The notes beneath the pieces are model-generated. The model was not told where the DNA came from. It did no database searches and was given only the letters and a program-made list of their open reading frames with translations. Positions 11,374 to 23,074 of a stretch of 32,000 nt of DNA are shown in pieces; the first letter of the stretch is position 1, and every line of letters starts with the position of its first letter. The translations under genes were made by a program, and so were the position numbers. The stretch spans positions 1 through 32,000 of the forward strand of contig NZ_PGGB02000001.1 in the NCBI RefSeq assembly GCF_002803295.2, written 5' to 3'. The stretch comes from Caedibacter taeniospiralis. GTDB lineage: Bacteria; Pseudomonadota; Gammaproteobacteria; Francisellales; Francisellaceae.

Positions 11374-12639
11374 TTACATCTGCTCTAGGGTTGCAATCTT
11401 AGTGACAACGGCAAGCACCTCAGTCGCTTTTTTAAGATCAGAAACACCAGGTAATGATGGCGCAATACGAATGTTACAGTCATAGGGGTCTTTTCCATAG
11501 GGAAAAGTCGCACCCGCGCTGGTGAGTTTGACGCCTGCATCTTGCGCCATTTTCACAATTTTTTTGGCTAAATTTGGCTGGCTGTTGAAGCTGATAAAAT
11601 AACCGCCTTTTGGTTTTTCCCAGTTTGCAAACTTTCCATTGGCGCCAAGTTCAGCGGTAAGCACCGCATCAACGGTATTAAATTTGGGTTTCAAAATGGC
11701 AGCATGTTTTGCCATGTGACTCATGAAGGTGTTTTTGTTTGGTAAAAGCTTTAAATGATGCAATTGATTAATCTTGTCATAACCAATCGTCTGCACTTTA
11801 AGATGCTTGATAAGCCAGTCATGATTAGCTTTATTTGCAGCGATAACAGCTACTCCAGCGCCTGCGTAGGTGATTTTGGAGGTGGAAGCAAATACAAACG
11901 CTCGATCAGGGGTCCCTGCTATTTCACACTCGGTTAAAATATTGAGAATGTCGATTTGTTGATTCATATCCAAGTGGTGTAGCGCATAGGCGTTGTCCCA
12001 GAAAATCCTAAAATCGCTTGCAGCGGTTGGCATTTGCGCTAAACGCCTGGTTGTTTCGTCGCTATAGCATTCGCCTGTTGGATTACTGTATTTTGGCACG
12101 CACCACATCCCTTTGATGCTGCTGTCTTCTGCCACCAGTTTTTCCACTTGATTCATATCGGGACCATGCCCAGTCAGCGGAATGTTGATCATTTCGATAC
12201 CAAATGACTCGCAGATGGCAAAATGTCTGTCATAGCCAGGAGTGGGGCACAAAAATTTAATTTTTCCCCGTTCAGACCAGCTTTTTGTTTGCCCTGGCAG
12301 TTTGTGTACCAGCGCTTTAATAATGATATCATACATCAAGTTAAGCGACGAGTTGCCACCAATGATAATTTGCTGTGGCTCGACAGCAAATACGTCTGCA
12401 AATAACTTTTTAAGTTCGGGTAAGCCCGTGAGTAACTCAGGGGGGCTGTAGTTGCGATAATCTGGTGGCAATACAACCTCGTTGTGATCGAGGTTATGCA
12501 ATAGCGCATCGGATAAATCAAGTTGTTCGGCACAAGGCTTGCCGCGAGTCATATCAAGGCTTAATCCTTGATTAACAAAAGCTTGGTAGCGTAATTTTAG
12601 TGCATCTAATTCATGGCTGTTGGATACGGCAAGCATCAT
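11374..12639 (-). CDS. PLP-dependent aminotransferase (class I/II, MocR-type fold)
   Basis: LDMTRGKPCAEQLDLS, PTPGYDRHF, PKYSNPTGECYS, FASTSKITYAGAGVAV, PKGGYFISF. Confidence 0.88.
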   Translation of the reverse strand: MMLAVSNSHELDALKLRYQAFVNQGLSLDMTRGKPCAEQLDLSDALLHNLDHNEVVLPPDYRNYSPPELLTGLPELKKLFADVFAVEPQQIIIGGNSSLNLMYDIIIKALVHKLPGQTKSWSERGKIKFLCPTPGYDRHFAICESFGIEMINIPLTGHGPDMNQVEKLVAEDSSIKGMWCVPKYSNPTGECYSDETTRRLAQMPTAASDFRIFWDNAYALHHLDMNQQIDILNILTECEIAGTPDRAFVFASTSKITYAGAGVAVIAANKANHDWLIKHLKVQTIGYDKINQLHHLKLLPNKNTFMSHMAKHAAILKPKFNTVDAVLTAELGANGKFANWEKPKGGYFISFNSQPNLAKKIVKMAQDAGVKLTSAGATFPYGKDPYDCNIRIAPSLPGVSDLKKATEVLAVVTKIATLEQM

Positions 12640-13179
12640 TTATTTTCCCCAAGCGATGACAAGATAAATATATATGCCTATGTACAACAAGAAAAATACA
12701 AAAGGCATATAGGTTTCAATGCGTTTTAGTGGCGTGAAAGAGCCTTTTTGCAGTGCAGTAACGCGTTCTGCCGAGAAAATTGGACTTGACGGCAAGCGTT
12801 TTTCCAGGGCTCCAATGACTTGCTCCTTGATGTTGACCGTATGGCGATAAAAGCGTACCACGCGCCACCAGCAGTAGCAAATGGCTAATAATCCCAATAA
12901 GGGTAGAACAAGCAAGCTCAGGGATAGTTCAGTGCTTGAGCGGCTAATGCCAAGCGCCATAATGCCGACAATGGCAATATTGGTAATTAAAAAAAACAAG
13001 TTGATGGAAACGCGGCGAAAGCTGGCGCGATCAGCCATTTCAACGTAAATTTTATATTGCTCAATTAGTAATGAATAATATTGCTCATTGCTGAAATGAT
13101 CTTGCTCTTCATTCCATAAATTATCCATGTTGATGTTATCATAACGACTCATGAATGATTGACTCCAATTGGTTGACAA
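12640..13179 (-). CDS. Small two/four-TM membrane protein, RipA-like
   Basis: LWNEEQDHFSNEQYYSLLIEQYKIYVEMADRASFRRVSINLFF plus hydrophobic segments. Family assignment is from memory of the pattern. Confidence 0.55.
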   Translation of the reverse strand: MSTNWSQSFMSRYDNINMDNLWNEEQDHFSNEQYYSLLIEQYKIYVEMADRASFRRVSINLFFLITNIAIVGIMALGISRSSTELSLSLLVLPLLGLLAICYCWWRVVRFYRHTVNIKEQVIGALEKRLPSSPIFSAERVTALQKGSFTPLKRIETYMPFVFFLLYIGIYIYLVIAWGK

Positions 13180-13389
13180 TTTAACGCTAGCCAGAGTAGC
13201 AGATTTGAAGGCATTGGACTATGGCAAAATGGCGTATTCTGTTATAAATCTATCTGGATTGCAGCACACCTCCTGCGGGCTTTTTGATTTTTAGATTAGC
13301 CACAGCGTCAAACAACTGTAATCTTTCGCTCTTCTTTAAATCAAAAAAAATTGCCAACTCGACCTAAGCTAACACCAAATGTAGCAACA

Positions 13390-14016
13390 TCACACATTTG
13401 TCTCGGAGCCTTTTGTGAGCACTACGCTTCGTGCCTTTAAAGCGAGCTTTTGAATGATGGTGGGATATAACTCATGCTCTAATGCTTTAACGGTTTGCTC
13501 AAGGGTTGCAGCAGTATCAAAGGGTAAAACCTTCATGCGCTTTTGGGCGATGATTTTTCCACCATCCAGACTTTCATCAACATAGTGGATGGTTGTTCCA
13601 TGTTCTCGATCTTTGGCATCAATGACGCGCTGATGGGTATTTAAGCCCTTATGTTTTGGCAGTAATGAAGGATGAATGTTAATGACTTTGTGTTCATATT
13701 GATGAATGAATGTGGAAGATAAAATACGCATAAATCCGGAAAGTACAATGAGATCTGGTTGAAATGGTGCGATAAGCTCAGTAAGTCTTTGATCGTAGTT
13801 TTCGCGAGACTGTTTTTTGTGCTTCGGTAAAAACAGGCAAGGAATATTTGCCCTTAAGGCACGCTGAACGGATTCGGAAGGGGTGTCTGACACAACCGCT
13901 CTGACTTCAATGTTATGCTGCAAATGAAGTTTATCAATAATAGCCTGCAGGTTCGAGCCAAAGCCTGATGATAAAATAACGAGTTTAAATGGATTATCCG
14001 TGGACATAGTTGACAA
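13390..14016 (-). CDS. purN: Phosphoribosylglycinamide formyltransferase
   Basis: [71 protein letters not shown]. Confidence 0.96.
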   Translation of the reverse strand: MSTMSTDNPFKLVILSSGFGSNLQAIIDKLHLQHNIEVRAVVSDTPSESVQRALRANIPCLFLPKHKKQSRENYDQRLTELIAPFQPDLIVLSGFMRILSSTFIHQYEHKVINIHPSLLPKHKGLNTHQRVIDAKDREHGTTIHYVDESLDGGKIIAQKRMKVLPFDTAATLEQTVKALEHELYPTIIQKLALKARSVVLTKGSETNV

Positions 14017-15037
14017 AAGCTTGTTGTTGTTTACTCTGACTTAGGTAACCGATTTCCCACGCGCTTTCGCCCATGGCTGTTAGCGCGTTGAGCACAGCAT
14101 CTTTATCTTCTTTAGCAACAGCCATCACCATCCCCGCCCCGCAGTTAAAGGTTCTTAGCATCTCATGCTGGACAATACTTCCTTTTTGCTGAAGCCATTG
14201 GAAGATTGCAGGCAATTGCCAGCTGTTTAGATTGATATTCGCACAGGTATAATCAGGAAGCACTCGGGGAATATTTTCAGTAAATCCACCACCTGTAATA
14301 TGTGAGATGGCATGAATGTCAAACTTTTCAAGAAGGGTTAAAATCGTTTTAACATAAATTCTCGTTGGTGTTAATAAAGTTTTGCCCAAGGTGCTCTCGC
14401 CAAACGGCATGCTCAAATCTGCTTTAACGTGCGAGATGACCTTGCGCACCAGCGAATAGCCATTGGAGTGAACGCCCGATGAAGCGATGGCAATAAGTAT
14501 ATCATTAGCTTTAACTTTGCTGCTTGAGATGATTTTATCTTTTTCAACAATCCCGACACAAAAGCCTGCCAGGTCATATTCTTCAGCCTGATACATGCCT
14601 GGCATTTCAGCGGTTTCGCCACCAACCAGCGCGCAACCTGATTGTCTACACCCATCAGCAATGCCAGAGATGACCTTGGCAGTCTGATCAGCATTGAGTT
14701 TTCCTGTGGCATAATAGTCAAGAAAAAACAAAGGTTCAGCACCACCAACGATTAAATCATTGACACACATCGCCACAAGGTCTATGCCAATACTGCTGTG
14801 ATCATTTAAATCAAAAGCAAGCTTTAGCTTGGTGCCGACACCATCTGTACCAGAAACAAGCACGGGTTTTTTGTAGCGATCAAGCGGGATTTCAAACAGC
14901 GCACCAAAACCGCCTAATCCCCCAAGCACCTCTTTGCGCATCGTAGATTTTGCTAAGGGTTTTATTTTTTCAACAAGCAGGTTCCCTTCATCGATGCTCA
15001 CACCAGCGTCCTGATAGCTTAATGATTGATTTGCCAT
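13994..15037 (-). CDS. purM: Phosphoribosylformylglycinamidine cyclo-ligase
   Basis: [72 protein letters not shown]. Overlaps purN by 23 bp. Confidence 0.97.
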   Translation of the reverse strand: MANQSLSYQDAGVSIDEGNLLVEKIKPLAKSTMRKEVLGGLGGFGALFEIPLDRYKKPVLVSGTDGVGTKLKLAFDLNDHSSIGIDLVAMCVNDLIVGGAEPLFFLDYYATGKLNADQTAKVISGIADGCRQSGCALVGGETAEMPGMYQAEEYDLAGFCVGIVEKDKIISSSKVKANDILIAIASSGVHSNGYSLVRKVISHVKADLSMPFGESTLGKTLLTPTRIYVKTILTLLEKFDIHAISHITGGGFTENIPRVLPDYTCANINLNSWQLPAIFQWLQQKGSIVQHEMLRTFNCGAGMVMAVAKEDKDAVLNALTAMGESAWEIGYLSQSKQQQAFVNYVHG

Positions 15038-15067
15038 GATTTTACGCCACTTGACACGTTTGCAATG

Positions 15068-15433
15068 GGGAAAATTATAAGATACATAGAGCTAAAAGTC
15101 GCCTGGTTATCATCTATTTTTTGCGGCGCTAAATTTTTATTTTCATTTGCCATAATATTTTTTCTGTCAAGCTGTGCTACGACAGAACTAACAAAAGGTG
15201 GAAGGCTAGTTAGAGAAATAAATATTGATTGGCAAAATGAATGTAAATTTCTAGGTTACGAGACAGTTTATGAAAGCCCCTTTTCAGCCAGAGGAACTGG
15301 AAATATTAAAATGAGAAACAAGGTTTATGAGTTAGGTGGGAACGCATATATCAAAAAATCATGGATTCCAATATTTGGGAAATGGGAGCTTAATTTTGAA
15401 GCGTACAAATGCAAGGAGTATGAGGTCATTTAA
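15068..15433 (+). CDS. Probable small outer-membrane lipoprotein (DUF4156-like)
   Basis: Signal peptide with lipobox-like FFLSSC, then [12 protein letters not shown]...[17 protein letters not shown]. Upstream in-frame codons from 15026 are probably not translated. Confidence 0.6.
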   Translation, partial: GKIIRYIELKVAWLSSIFCGAKFLFSFAIIFFLSSCATTELTKGGRLVREINIDWQNECKFLGYETVYESPFSARGTGNIKMRNKVYELGGNAYIKKSWIPIFGKWELNFEAYKCKEYEVI

Positions 15434-15585
15434 TAGTCATCGTTAAATCGTCTGGTGACGGTTTAGATATGCTTTTTTCTAAGCCTTTCTCTTTTCGACC
15501 ATCCTGCCTCAAAGCGTAAGCAGCCATTTGCAAGTCCGTAGCAAATAGCGCTCATCCGTGCGCTACTTCGTAGCAAATTAACTTA

Positions 15586-15793
15586 ACCGTTTTCGCCCTG
15601 TGCGGCAGTGAACGCTTCAATATTTATCTTATTAATTTCATTATTTTTCTAAGCTGCCTGTACGGCAGTGGACTAAAGAAGATATAGCTGCTAAAAAAAT
15701 AGCAATTTCTAAGCTGCCTGTACGGCAGTGGACAACAACCTTCATATGTGGGGCTTCCGCAATCTTTTCTAAGCTGCCTGTACGGCAGTGGAC
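15586..15793 (-). CRISPR. Short type I-F-like CRISPR array: 3 intact 28-nt repeats and 1 degenerate terminal repeat; 3 spacers of 32 nt
   Basis: TTTCTAAGCTGCCTGTACGGCAGTGGAC at 15646, 15706 and 15766 with an exact 60-nt period; degenerate copy at 15586-15613 (…GCCCTGTGCGGCAGTGAAC). The reverse complement GTCCACTGCCGTACAGGCAGCTTAGAAA matches the canonical I-F repeat form. Confidence 0.92.
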
Positions 15794-15820
15794 TGCAAAA
15801 TTTTAGATTAAAGCGCAGAT

Positions 15821-15867
15821 AAAATAAAGGGTTGCTGACGCGTTGCCAATAAAAACCCTTATTTTTT
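15821..15867 (-). terminator. Possible terminator downstream of the Fic remnant
   Basis: On the minus strand, AATAAGGGTT...AACCCTTTATTTT forms a stem-loop with a T-rich end. Confidence 0.4.
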
Positions 15868-15939
15868 AGTCATACTCTAAAGGCTTGATTTTTAAAGAAC
15901 TTCCAGCAGCCCCCCAAAAAAAGGGTTCAGCCTCAATCG

Positions 15940-16855
<916 letters not shown>

Positions 16856-17080
16856 AGCATAGAAAATGGTACTTGATTTTACATACGTTCTGTACGTAAA
16901 TTCGCTAACCTACGCTTCCATTGCATCTATGCAGGTGACAAAATATCATATTGACACATAAACACAAGTAGAAATATACCCGCCAACCCCATTGGCAAGT
17001 AATGAGGACAAGTGGTTAGCGCACAAGTAGTTATACTTTTGAACTGTTAAACATCGAGCTTGCAGAATTCACGGGGAAAT

Positions 17081-17374
17081 TTATAACAACAGCACCGACT
17101 TAAACACATCTGCAACTGCCTTAGCGCCATAGTGTTCTATTTTATTGCGACCATTTTTGCCCAATTTGTAAAAACGCAGGCTATCCATTTCTGGATCATA
17201 ACTATCCAAAAGTTTCATTTTCAACACACACCATTGATCGGGGCTTATGTCACATTCAAATACTGAGTTTTGCACCCTAACCCCATAATCCTGACAGGTC
17301 TCTGCAATTTTTCTTAAACGCCGAACGCCAGTTTCTTCCTTCAGTGATACATCATAAGTGATTAAAATAAGCAT
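17081..17374 (-). CDS. cas2: CRISPR-associated endoribonuclease Cas2 (type I-C)
   Basis: MLILITYDVSLKEETGVRRLRKIAETCQDYGVRVQNSVFECDISPDQW; 97 aa; adjacent to the array and cas1. Confidence 0.95.
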   Translation of the reverse strand: MLILITYDVSLKEETGVRRLRKIAETCQDYGVRVQNSVFECDISPDQWCVLKMKLLDSYDPEMDSLRFYKLGKNGRNKIEHYGAKAVADVFKSVLLL

Positions 17375-17460
17375 CTGCTTCTCCCGAATAGCCTGTGTTT
17401 TTATTCACTTTAAAACTCACGTAAACGCACAGGCTGTTTTAACAAGACCATTAGAACCCT

Positions 17461-18703
17461 CTATTTAGGCATAAATGGTGGGTAAGCATCCAAGTCACCT
17501 CTTAAATGCCGCGCCAATAAAAGTGCCTGAACATGTGGCAATAACCCGATTTGCACCTCTTCACCCAAAAATGGGTGTTGGATCGTTTCCTGCTTACGGT
17601 CGCTGCGAGCCATGGAGAGCGGAACGCGAGGGCGAGTAGACCCGGGTAGCCTTGCGCTGTTGATCAGCAAGCGACGTGCCGAAGGCGCCAGAGCGAAGTC
17701 TGTGAAACAGCTTTTACCCAAGGCGTAGAGTAGAATCCCGGGCAAAATTTATACCGCCGAGGATAGCCGATTCGATTTTGTGTATGGATATACAAAATCT
17801 ATCATGAGGCCCGAGGCACCCTATTTGTAAAGTTACAAGCAATAGTTTTCTGGTATCATCCTTGAGTTTTACAGAACCACCCACTTCAATTTCAAAGTCC
17901 TGAGGTTTCACTTGACGTCGATTAATTAAACTCAACACCATACGATCAACAAACCAGGCACGAAACTCCTCCAAAATATCTTGTGCCAAACTATCTCTAC
18001 CGGGGCGCACTTGATGAAGAAATCCCATCTGTGGATCAAGCCCAACCCCCTGCAAAGCAGCACTGATGTCATTACCGACGACGCTATACAAAAATGATAG
18101 CATTGCATTTACAGGATCTAATGGTGGACGACGACTACGAGTATTAAATTGAAAATCTGTCCGAGCCACAGGTAGGATTAATTCATTAAAAACACCAAAG
18201 TAAGCAGATGCCGCCTCGCCTTCTAAACCTAAAATAAGCTCTAGACTTTGTGCTTTTTGCAAGCGGCGAAGTGCATAGCTTATTTTCTCAATGGCATTTT
18301 CGACTTCGCTATTTTGGTCATGATTTCGCACCCTACGATAAAGTACCGCACGAGATGAATTAAGCTTGGCAGCAATAACATTTCTGGCAATAGCCACGGG
18401 ATTGAGCTCGGCTATTTTATACTGTGTTTTACGCAATATAACATTACCATTTTGTCTACCATGCAATCGTCCAAGAAAACGTCCATACTCGGTAAAGAAA
18501 GCAAGGTGAACATTGTTTTCACCGCAAAATCCCAGTAAGAAGGGGGATAGCATTACATTGCCAAAACAGTAAATTGCCTGAATAGCATGAATAGGTAACT
18601 GCATTACTTTCTGCTTTGCGACTTCAATAACAAGCGTTTCACGTTCTTTGTGCAAATAAGCGCCCTGCCTAGTAATGTAAAGGGTGTTTTGTAATTTCTT
18701 CAA
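17461..18703 (-). pseudogene. cas1: Cas1 (type I-C), split by a 222-bp repeat element
   Basis: N-terminal MKKLQNTLYITRQGAYLHKERETLVI...TRKLLLVTLQ (to ~17823). The C-terminus [45 protein letters not shown] resumes below ~17600 in a different frame. Confidence 0.93.
17601..17822 (+). mobile_element. Repeat element copy A, inserted in cas1
   Basis: CGCTGCGAGCCATGGAGAGCGGAACGCGAGGGCGAGTAGACCCGGGTAGCC...GAGGCCCGAGGCACCCT. Shared with 19745-19934 and 23600-23805. Confidence 0.85.
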
Positions 18704-19338
18704 TCCAAATCCTCCCTGAAAAGAGCATTAACATACAGCTGACTTTTATCTTTGAACGTCAACTTTGGATTACATAAATCATATAAGGAACAGGCATTAC
18801 ACTTTTTTTCATATTTAACTTTCGGTGTAACACCAGCCTGCAACAAAAGACGCGTTTCATCAACAATCTGTAAAGTCTCATCACGTAAAGCCTTCGTTAA
18901 TTCAACATCAATTCGGTGACGACTTTGCCAATACCACATTGCTGCGCGAGGAATGACTGTATTAAGCATCTCTTCCAGACACAACGCCTGCGCGCACAAC
19001 TGCACAAGATCAATATGATCTTCCTTAGGTTTCCCACGTTTATACTCAACAGGAAAACATGAACCTGTTTTAGTATCAAGTTCAACAAGGTCAAGCTTGC
19101 CAATCAACCCAATCTTAGGCGCTGATACATGCACACCACGTTCATAACGTATACCTTTACGCGTCTCAGGCACCCCGCTATCCACTCGCTGATGCAACTG
19201 CTGTCCTTGTGCGGTCAACCAATTCTCAGCCCATGCCTGCTCATTGTGAATAAGAGCGCATTGCCTGGGGCAGAAAGCATAGTGTTGCAAAGCAGAGAGG
19301 GGGATCAGGAGAGAATCGTCCAATTTAAAATCCATCAA
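18700..19338 (-). CDS. cas4: CRISPR-associated exonuclease Cas4 (type I-C)
   Basis: ALQHYAFCPRQCALIHNEQAWAEN, GLVELVELDTKTG-like GKLDLVELD, FPVEYKRGKPKEDHIDLVQLCAQALCLEEM, C-terminal CNACSLYDLCNP cysteines. Confidence 0.95.
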   Translation of the reverse strand: MMDFKLDDSLLIPLSALQHYAFCPRQCALIHNEQAWAENWLTAQGQQLHQRVDSGVPETRKGIRYERGVHVSAPKIGLIGKLDLVELDTKTGSCFPVEYKRGKPKEDHIDLVQLCAQALCLEEMLNTVIPRAAMWYWQSRHRIDVELTKALRDETLQIVDETRLLLQAGVTPKVKYEKKCNACSLYDLCNPKLTFKDKSQLYVNALFREDLD

Positions 19339-20349
19339 TTATTTCAGGCTTAAGACCTTCAAGATCAGCAAGTGAGAAACTTCCATCAGGATTCACCGTT
19401 AACGATCGATGTACTTTTGCTGATGAGTGTTGCCCCGATCTGGAATTATGCAGCCACCAGATCAGTTTTTCCACCGCCATGGAGCCTTCTGGTCTTGCAG
19501 AAGAAGCATCACCCTCAAACAACTTTGGGAATATAGATTTTATGGTCTCTGCATCCGCATCGCTAAAACCAGTTTTTTCGGCTAGCTGCGGCGACATCGC
19601 GCCATAGGCAACGTAAACAGCAGTATCGACTCTGTGTTTCATACCCATGGTATCGGAACTTTTTTTACTGCCATCGCCATCACCACTAACACTTTTGGTA
19701 ATTTGCGTACTGGTAATGCTTACTGGCTCAATACTGAAAGCCGTAGGGTGCCTCGGGCCTCATGATAGATTTTGTATATCCATACACAAAATCGAATCGG
19801 CTATCCTCGGCGGTTTGGATAAAGCTGTTTCACAGACTTCGCTCTGGCGCCTTCGGCACGTCGCTTGCTGATCAACAGCGCAAGGCTACCCGGGTCTACT
19901 CGCCCTCGCGTTCCGCTCTCCATGGCTCGCAGCGAATGAATACTCACCGGACCACGGATAGGAATTGATACCCCATCCTTTTCTTCACTTTTAAAAGCAA
20001 ATAGTTGTCCAAAAGCACGCACATCGAACCAAGTTTCACAAGCTTTTTTTGCAGCAGTTTCTGGCTTGATTTTTTTAGCGTTTAAAACATCTTTACCTAG
20101 CACACCTTCAGCCCTGGCTCGAAGACTGTGATATTCATCCGTCTTCTTTTCATCTGACTGAACAAAAATAGCCTGGCCCGCATCTTGGAGGCGATCTCTT
20201 GCTTTTCGCTTCAAACATACATCTGTAACTTCGCCAAAACCATCATAATCTGTACGTGGCCGGTTACCATTTAAAGGATCACCGTTCGGATTAGCGTTTT
20301 TTACGGAAAAAATAATGGCGAAATCGATTTTTTTGCTCAGTGAATTCAT
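19325..20349 (-). pseudogene. cas7: Cas7/Csd2 (type I-C), split by a ~190-bp repeat element
   Basis: N-terminal MNSLSKKIDFAIIFSVKNANPNGDPLNGNRPRTDYDGFGEVTDVCLKRKARDRLQ...RGPVSIHS (to ~19934). Reading 19742 downward on the minus strand gives AFSIEPVSITSTQITKSVSGDGDGSKKSSDTMGMKHRVD... Confidence 0.94.
19745..19934 (-). mobile_element. Repeat element copy B, inserted in cas7
   Basis: AGGGTGCCTCGGGCCTCATGATAGATTTTGTATATCC...CCATGGCTCGCAGCG; reverse complement of copies A and C. Confidence 0.87.
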
Positions 20350-20475
20350 TGTTGCTCTCCTTCATTGGTAGTTAATTCTATTTCGGATTTGGTTACCCAC
20401 ACACCCTTTTCCAACTTATGCTCCCTTAACCATTTTCGTTGGCAATGAAAGCCCAATAGGTACTCCCCGCTTAAC

Positions 20476-22365
20476 TTATCTTTTGAGGAAGCGAGTAAAA
20501 GCATCACAAATATCGTCCAACAATCTGTTGTAAGCAGCCTCTAAAGGTGGCAACTTAACACGTAACCGCTGTTGATATGGAGTCAAAGCTTCGCGAATAC
20601 TCTGCCAAGTTGATACCGGATGATGAGCAAAACGCTGCATTAAACGACTAGCATGTGTAGTGCGATTTTTTTCTCCCGCAATAGATATTGCCATTTCCTC
20701 AATCATTTCAGCTACTGCCAGCAGCCGCCCAAATAGATAATCCCGCCCTGTATATTTCATATCAAGTGACATAGCATATTCTCTCCTTTTATTTAAATTG
20801 GGTTGGCGTTCTGGGTGGTGAAAACCGCGATAGAGCGCACAGGCGACACCAAGGTTTCTCTCCCATTCCCAAAGTTCACTGTTGTTTCTGTTGCTGGCTC
20901 GACTGACAGCCAGGTTGACAATATCCATAGGTAAAGCTCTGCCTTCCAAAATACAGGGCATCATCCTTTCATAAAGGCTCTTTTTAAGCGCTTCATTGCT
21001 TTTCACCATATCACCATAGGTAGCTTGCAATATATTCCAAGGTGAAGGAGCACTGACAGACCAAAACACTGTTGTTTTTGGCTTTTTATTATTACCTGAC
21101 TCGACTTCCTTGCTAATCCGCTGCGGCCAAGCCAAATGGCTGTGCCATTTTTCGATAGTTTGCACGTAATCCTTAGCCATAAAATCGCGATAATAAATAA
21201 TCGCCATACGTCCAGGAGTGGCAGAGTCCAGCCCCATAATAACGATGCTTTCCTGATCCTTGAGTCTGGCGATGCGACCATCGAAATAACCTGCCATGTA
21301 TCGATTTAACGCTTTGACAAAGTTTTGTCCAAGGTCGCTCGTTACATTAATTTCAGTAGCCAATGAATCTTTTCCATCATCAGTAACTTCCTCGAAATTG
21401 TCCAGCTCCAGACTTGGCACCAATGGAGCAGGGATAGGTTTGCCTGATACTGCCCATGCCACCACCACCTGATCTCCATTCTTGCTAGCCTGATTAGCAA
21501 TCAGCCAACGCAATGTATTATGAGCTTTTTGGGTAATATCAAAACCGACGTTCGCAACCTGCTCTCCATCTGTAAATCGACCACGGAAAGTAAAGCCGGA
21601 TGTATCATTGGCTGATACCAGCTTTGCTTTATCACCTGTATGTCTAAGCTTTGCGGGATGATTTGAGGCTGAGGGTTGCAATAGTCCAGATACATAACAA
21701 AGCTCATCCTTCCCTGAACCTTCGGCATCAAAAGCTATCCATGACTGTTGTATTGATTTATCTTTCCAAGTATCTGGAAATAGGTCGCCTGGAGTAATAA
21801 CACTCCAGCAAACCATTGCGTTACCCTGATCCAGTTCGCCTTTTTCCTTCGGTAGGGTTTTGAATATTAAAGGCAAAGGATTTTCATCTGTTACCTCAAA
21901 TGGCCAAGAGGTTAAAAGCCGATTATTTTCATCCATATAACAAACTTTAGCGTTTATTAGATCTTCTATCACAGTCTGCTTAATGATGTAATTGCATACC
22001 GCTTGAACCTTTGGATGACTCACGCCAGAGTTACACCATTCTCTGATTTGTGACCGATATCCATCGAAATAAGGTTTTTTCTTCCCACCGAACTTTTCAT
22101 AGTCGGCTGCAACATATTGCAGCTTGTCCGCTAAAGGGTGTGGTGCTTCGCCACTACTTCTTCCTGCAGACTTTTCTGTAGATGGCAAAATGATCTGCGT
22201 CTTTTCTAAAACTTTTGCACCTATAAAATTTCCATCAAGATCTATTTGAATATTTATATGGGCATTCTGCATAGTATGGCTTGTCGGCATTAGCTGCTTT
22301 TCTTCCGGCAAATCCAGCGTCATAGCTTTTTCATAGGTCTCGTAAAGCTTTGCCATCCAGCTCAT
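20476..22365 (-). CDS. cas8c: Cas8c/Csd1 (type I-C large Cascade subunit)
   Basis: 629-aa uninterrupted ORF with QIDLDGNFIGAKVL, WCNSGVSHPKVQAVCNYI, TVFWSVSAPSP and YRGFHHPERQPNLNKRREYAMSLDMKYTGRDYLFGRLLAVAEMIEE. Confidence 0.93.
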   Translation of the reverse strand: MSWMAKLYETYEKAMTLDLPEEKQLMPTSHTMQNAHINIQIDLDGNFIGAKVLEKTQIILPSTEKSAGRSSGEAPHPLADKLQYVAADYEKFGGKKKPYFDGYRSQIREWCNSGVSHPKVQAVCNYIIKQTVIEDLINAKVCYMDENNRLLTSWPFEVTDENPLPLIFKTLPKEKGELDQGNAMVCWSVITPGDLFPDTWKDKSIQQSWIAFDAEGSGKDELCYVSGLLQPSASNHPAKLRHTGDKAKLVSANDTSGFTFRGRFTDGEQVANVGFDITQKAHNTLRWLIANQASKNGDQVVVAWAVSGKPIPAPLVPSLELDNFEEVTDDGKDSLATEINVTSDLGQNFVKALNRYMAGYFDGRIARLKDQESIVIMGLDSATPGRMAIIYYRDFMAKDYVQTIEKWHSHLAWPQRISKEVESGNNKKPKTTVFWSVSAPSPWNILQATYGDMVKSNEALKKSLYERMMPCILEGRALPMDIVNLAVSRASNRNNSELWEWERNLGVACALYRGFHHPERQPNLNKRREYAMSLDMKYTGRDYLFGRLLAVAEMIEEMAISIAGEKNRTTHASRLMQRFAHHPVSTWQSIREALTPYQQRLRVKLPPLEAAYNRLLDDICDAFTRFLKR

Positions 22366-23066
22366 AACGATGCCTCCTCTGTATCCACATCCAGCAAGTT
22401 ATCTCCGATAACAAATTCTTTAGCTTTCATCTCACGAATAAAACGACGAATTTCGCAACTCCCTGGTCTTGGAAATTCCACAACACCATTTTTCATAACG
22501 GCATGCCAAAAACGGCTATGAAATTCATCTTTTCCCGTCTCGTCCGGGTAATCGAAACCATGAAACATCAAACCAAACGATAGCTCATCAATGTTGTCAT
22601 AGGCTCCAAGACCTTCTCCAAATTCGCAAGGCTCTACATAACCCTGGCAATCTCTTACACCAAGAAAAATATCTTGCCGCCCACCCTTTTCCAGCATGCG
22701 CTTTGCGATAGCAAAATGTTTTCCATCAATTTGATCCGCTGCCAATTCAGGACGATACTTGTTCATTTCAAAGTGTGCCTCTACCTGATACTCAACTTCG
22801 TGCAGAAAGGTATATATAGCCAAGCTATTTCCACCACCCCAAACCAGAGGTTTAGTGCCTTTGGTTTGAGTTCGAATGGACTTTATTACCCGAACCCTAT
22901 CCACATGCCAAACGATAGTTGGTTTCTAATAGATTGACTTGAGAACACCCTTAATCGCCTCATAAGTAGGCACATGGTAAGAGCATTTTTCCCCACCAAT
23001 CCTGGTAATTGGGTCGGTAAATAAAGCGTAACGTCCCCAAAGTCTGAAACTAATAATGTTTTTCAC
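22362..23066 (-). pseudogene. cas5c: Cas5c with a single in-frame amber codon
   Basis: GTG start (RBS AGGAGG) gives [46 protein letters not shown], then TAG (22926-22928), then KPTIVWHVDRVRVIKSIRTQ... in the same frame. Family members normally read IYWKP. Confidence 0.92.
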
Positions 23067-23074
23067 GTTACCTC

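Noticed and set aside
9182-12533. Antisense small ORFs overlapping the GNAT, ATP-grasp and aminotransferase genes
   Set aside because: They are fully contained opposite well-supported CDSs, with no domain similarity or plausible context.
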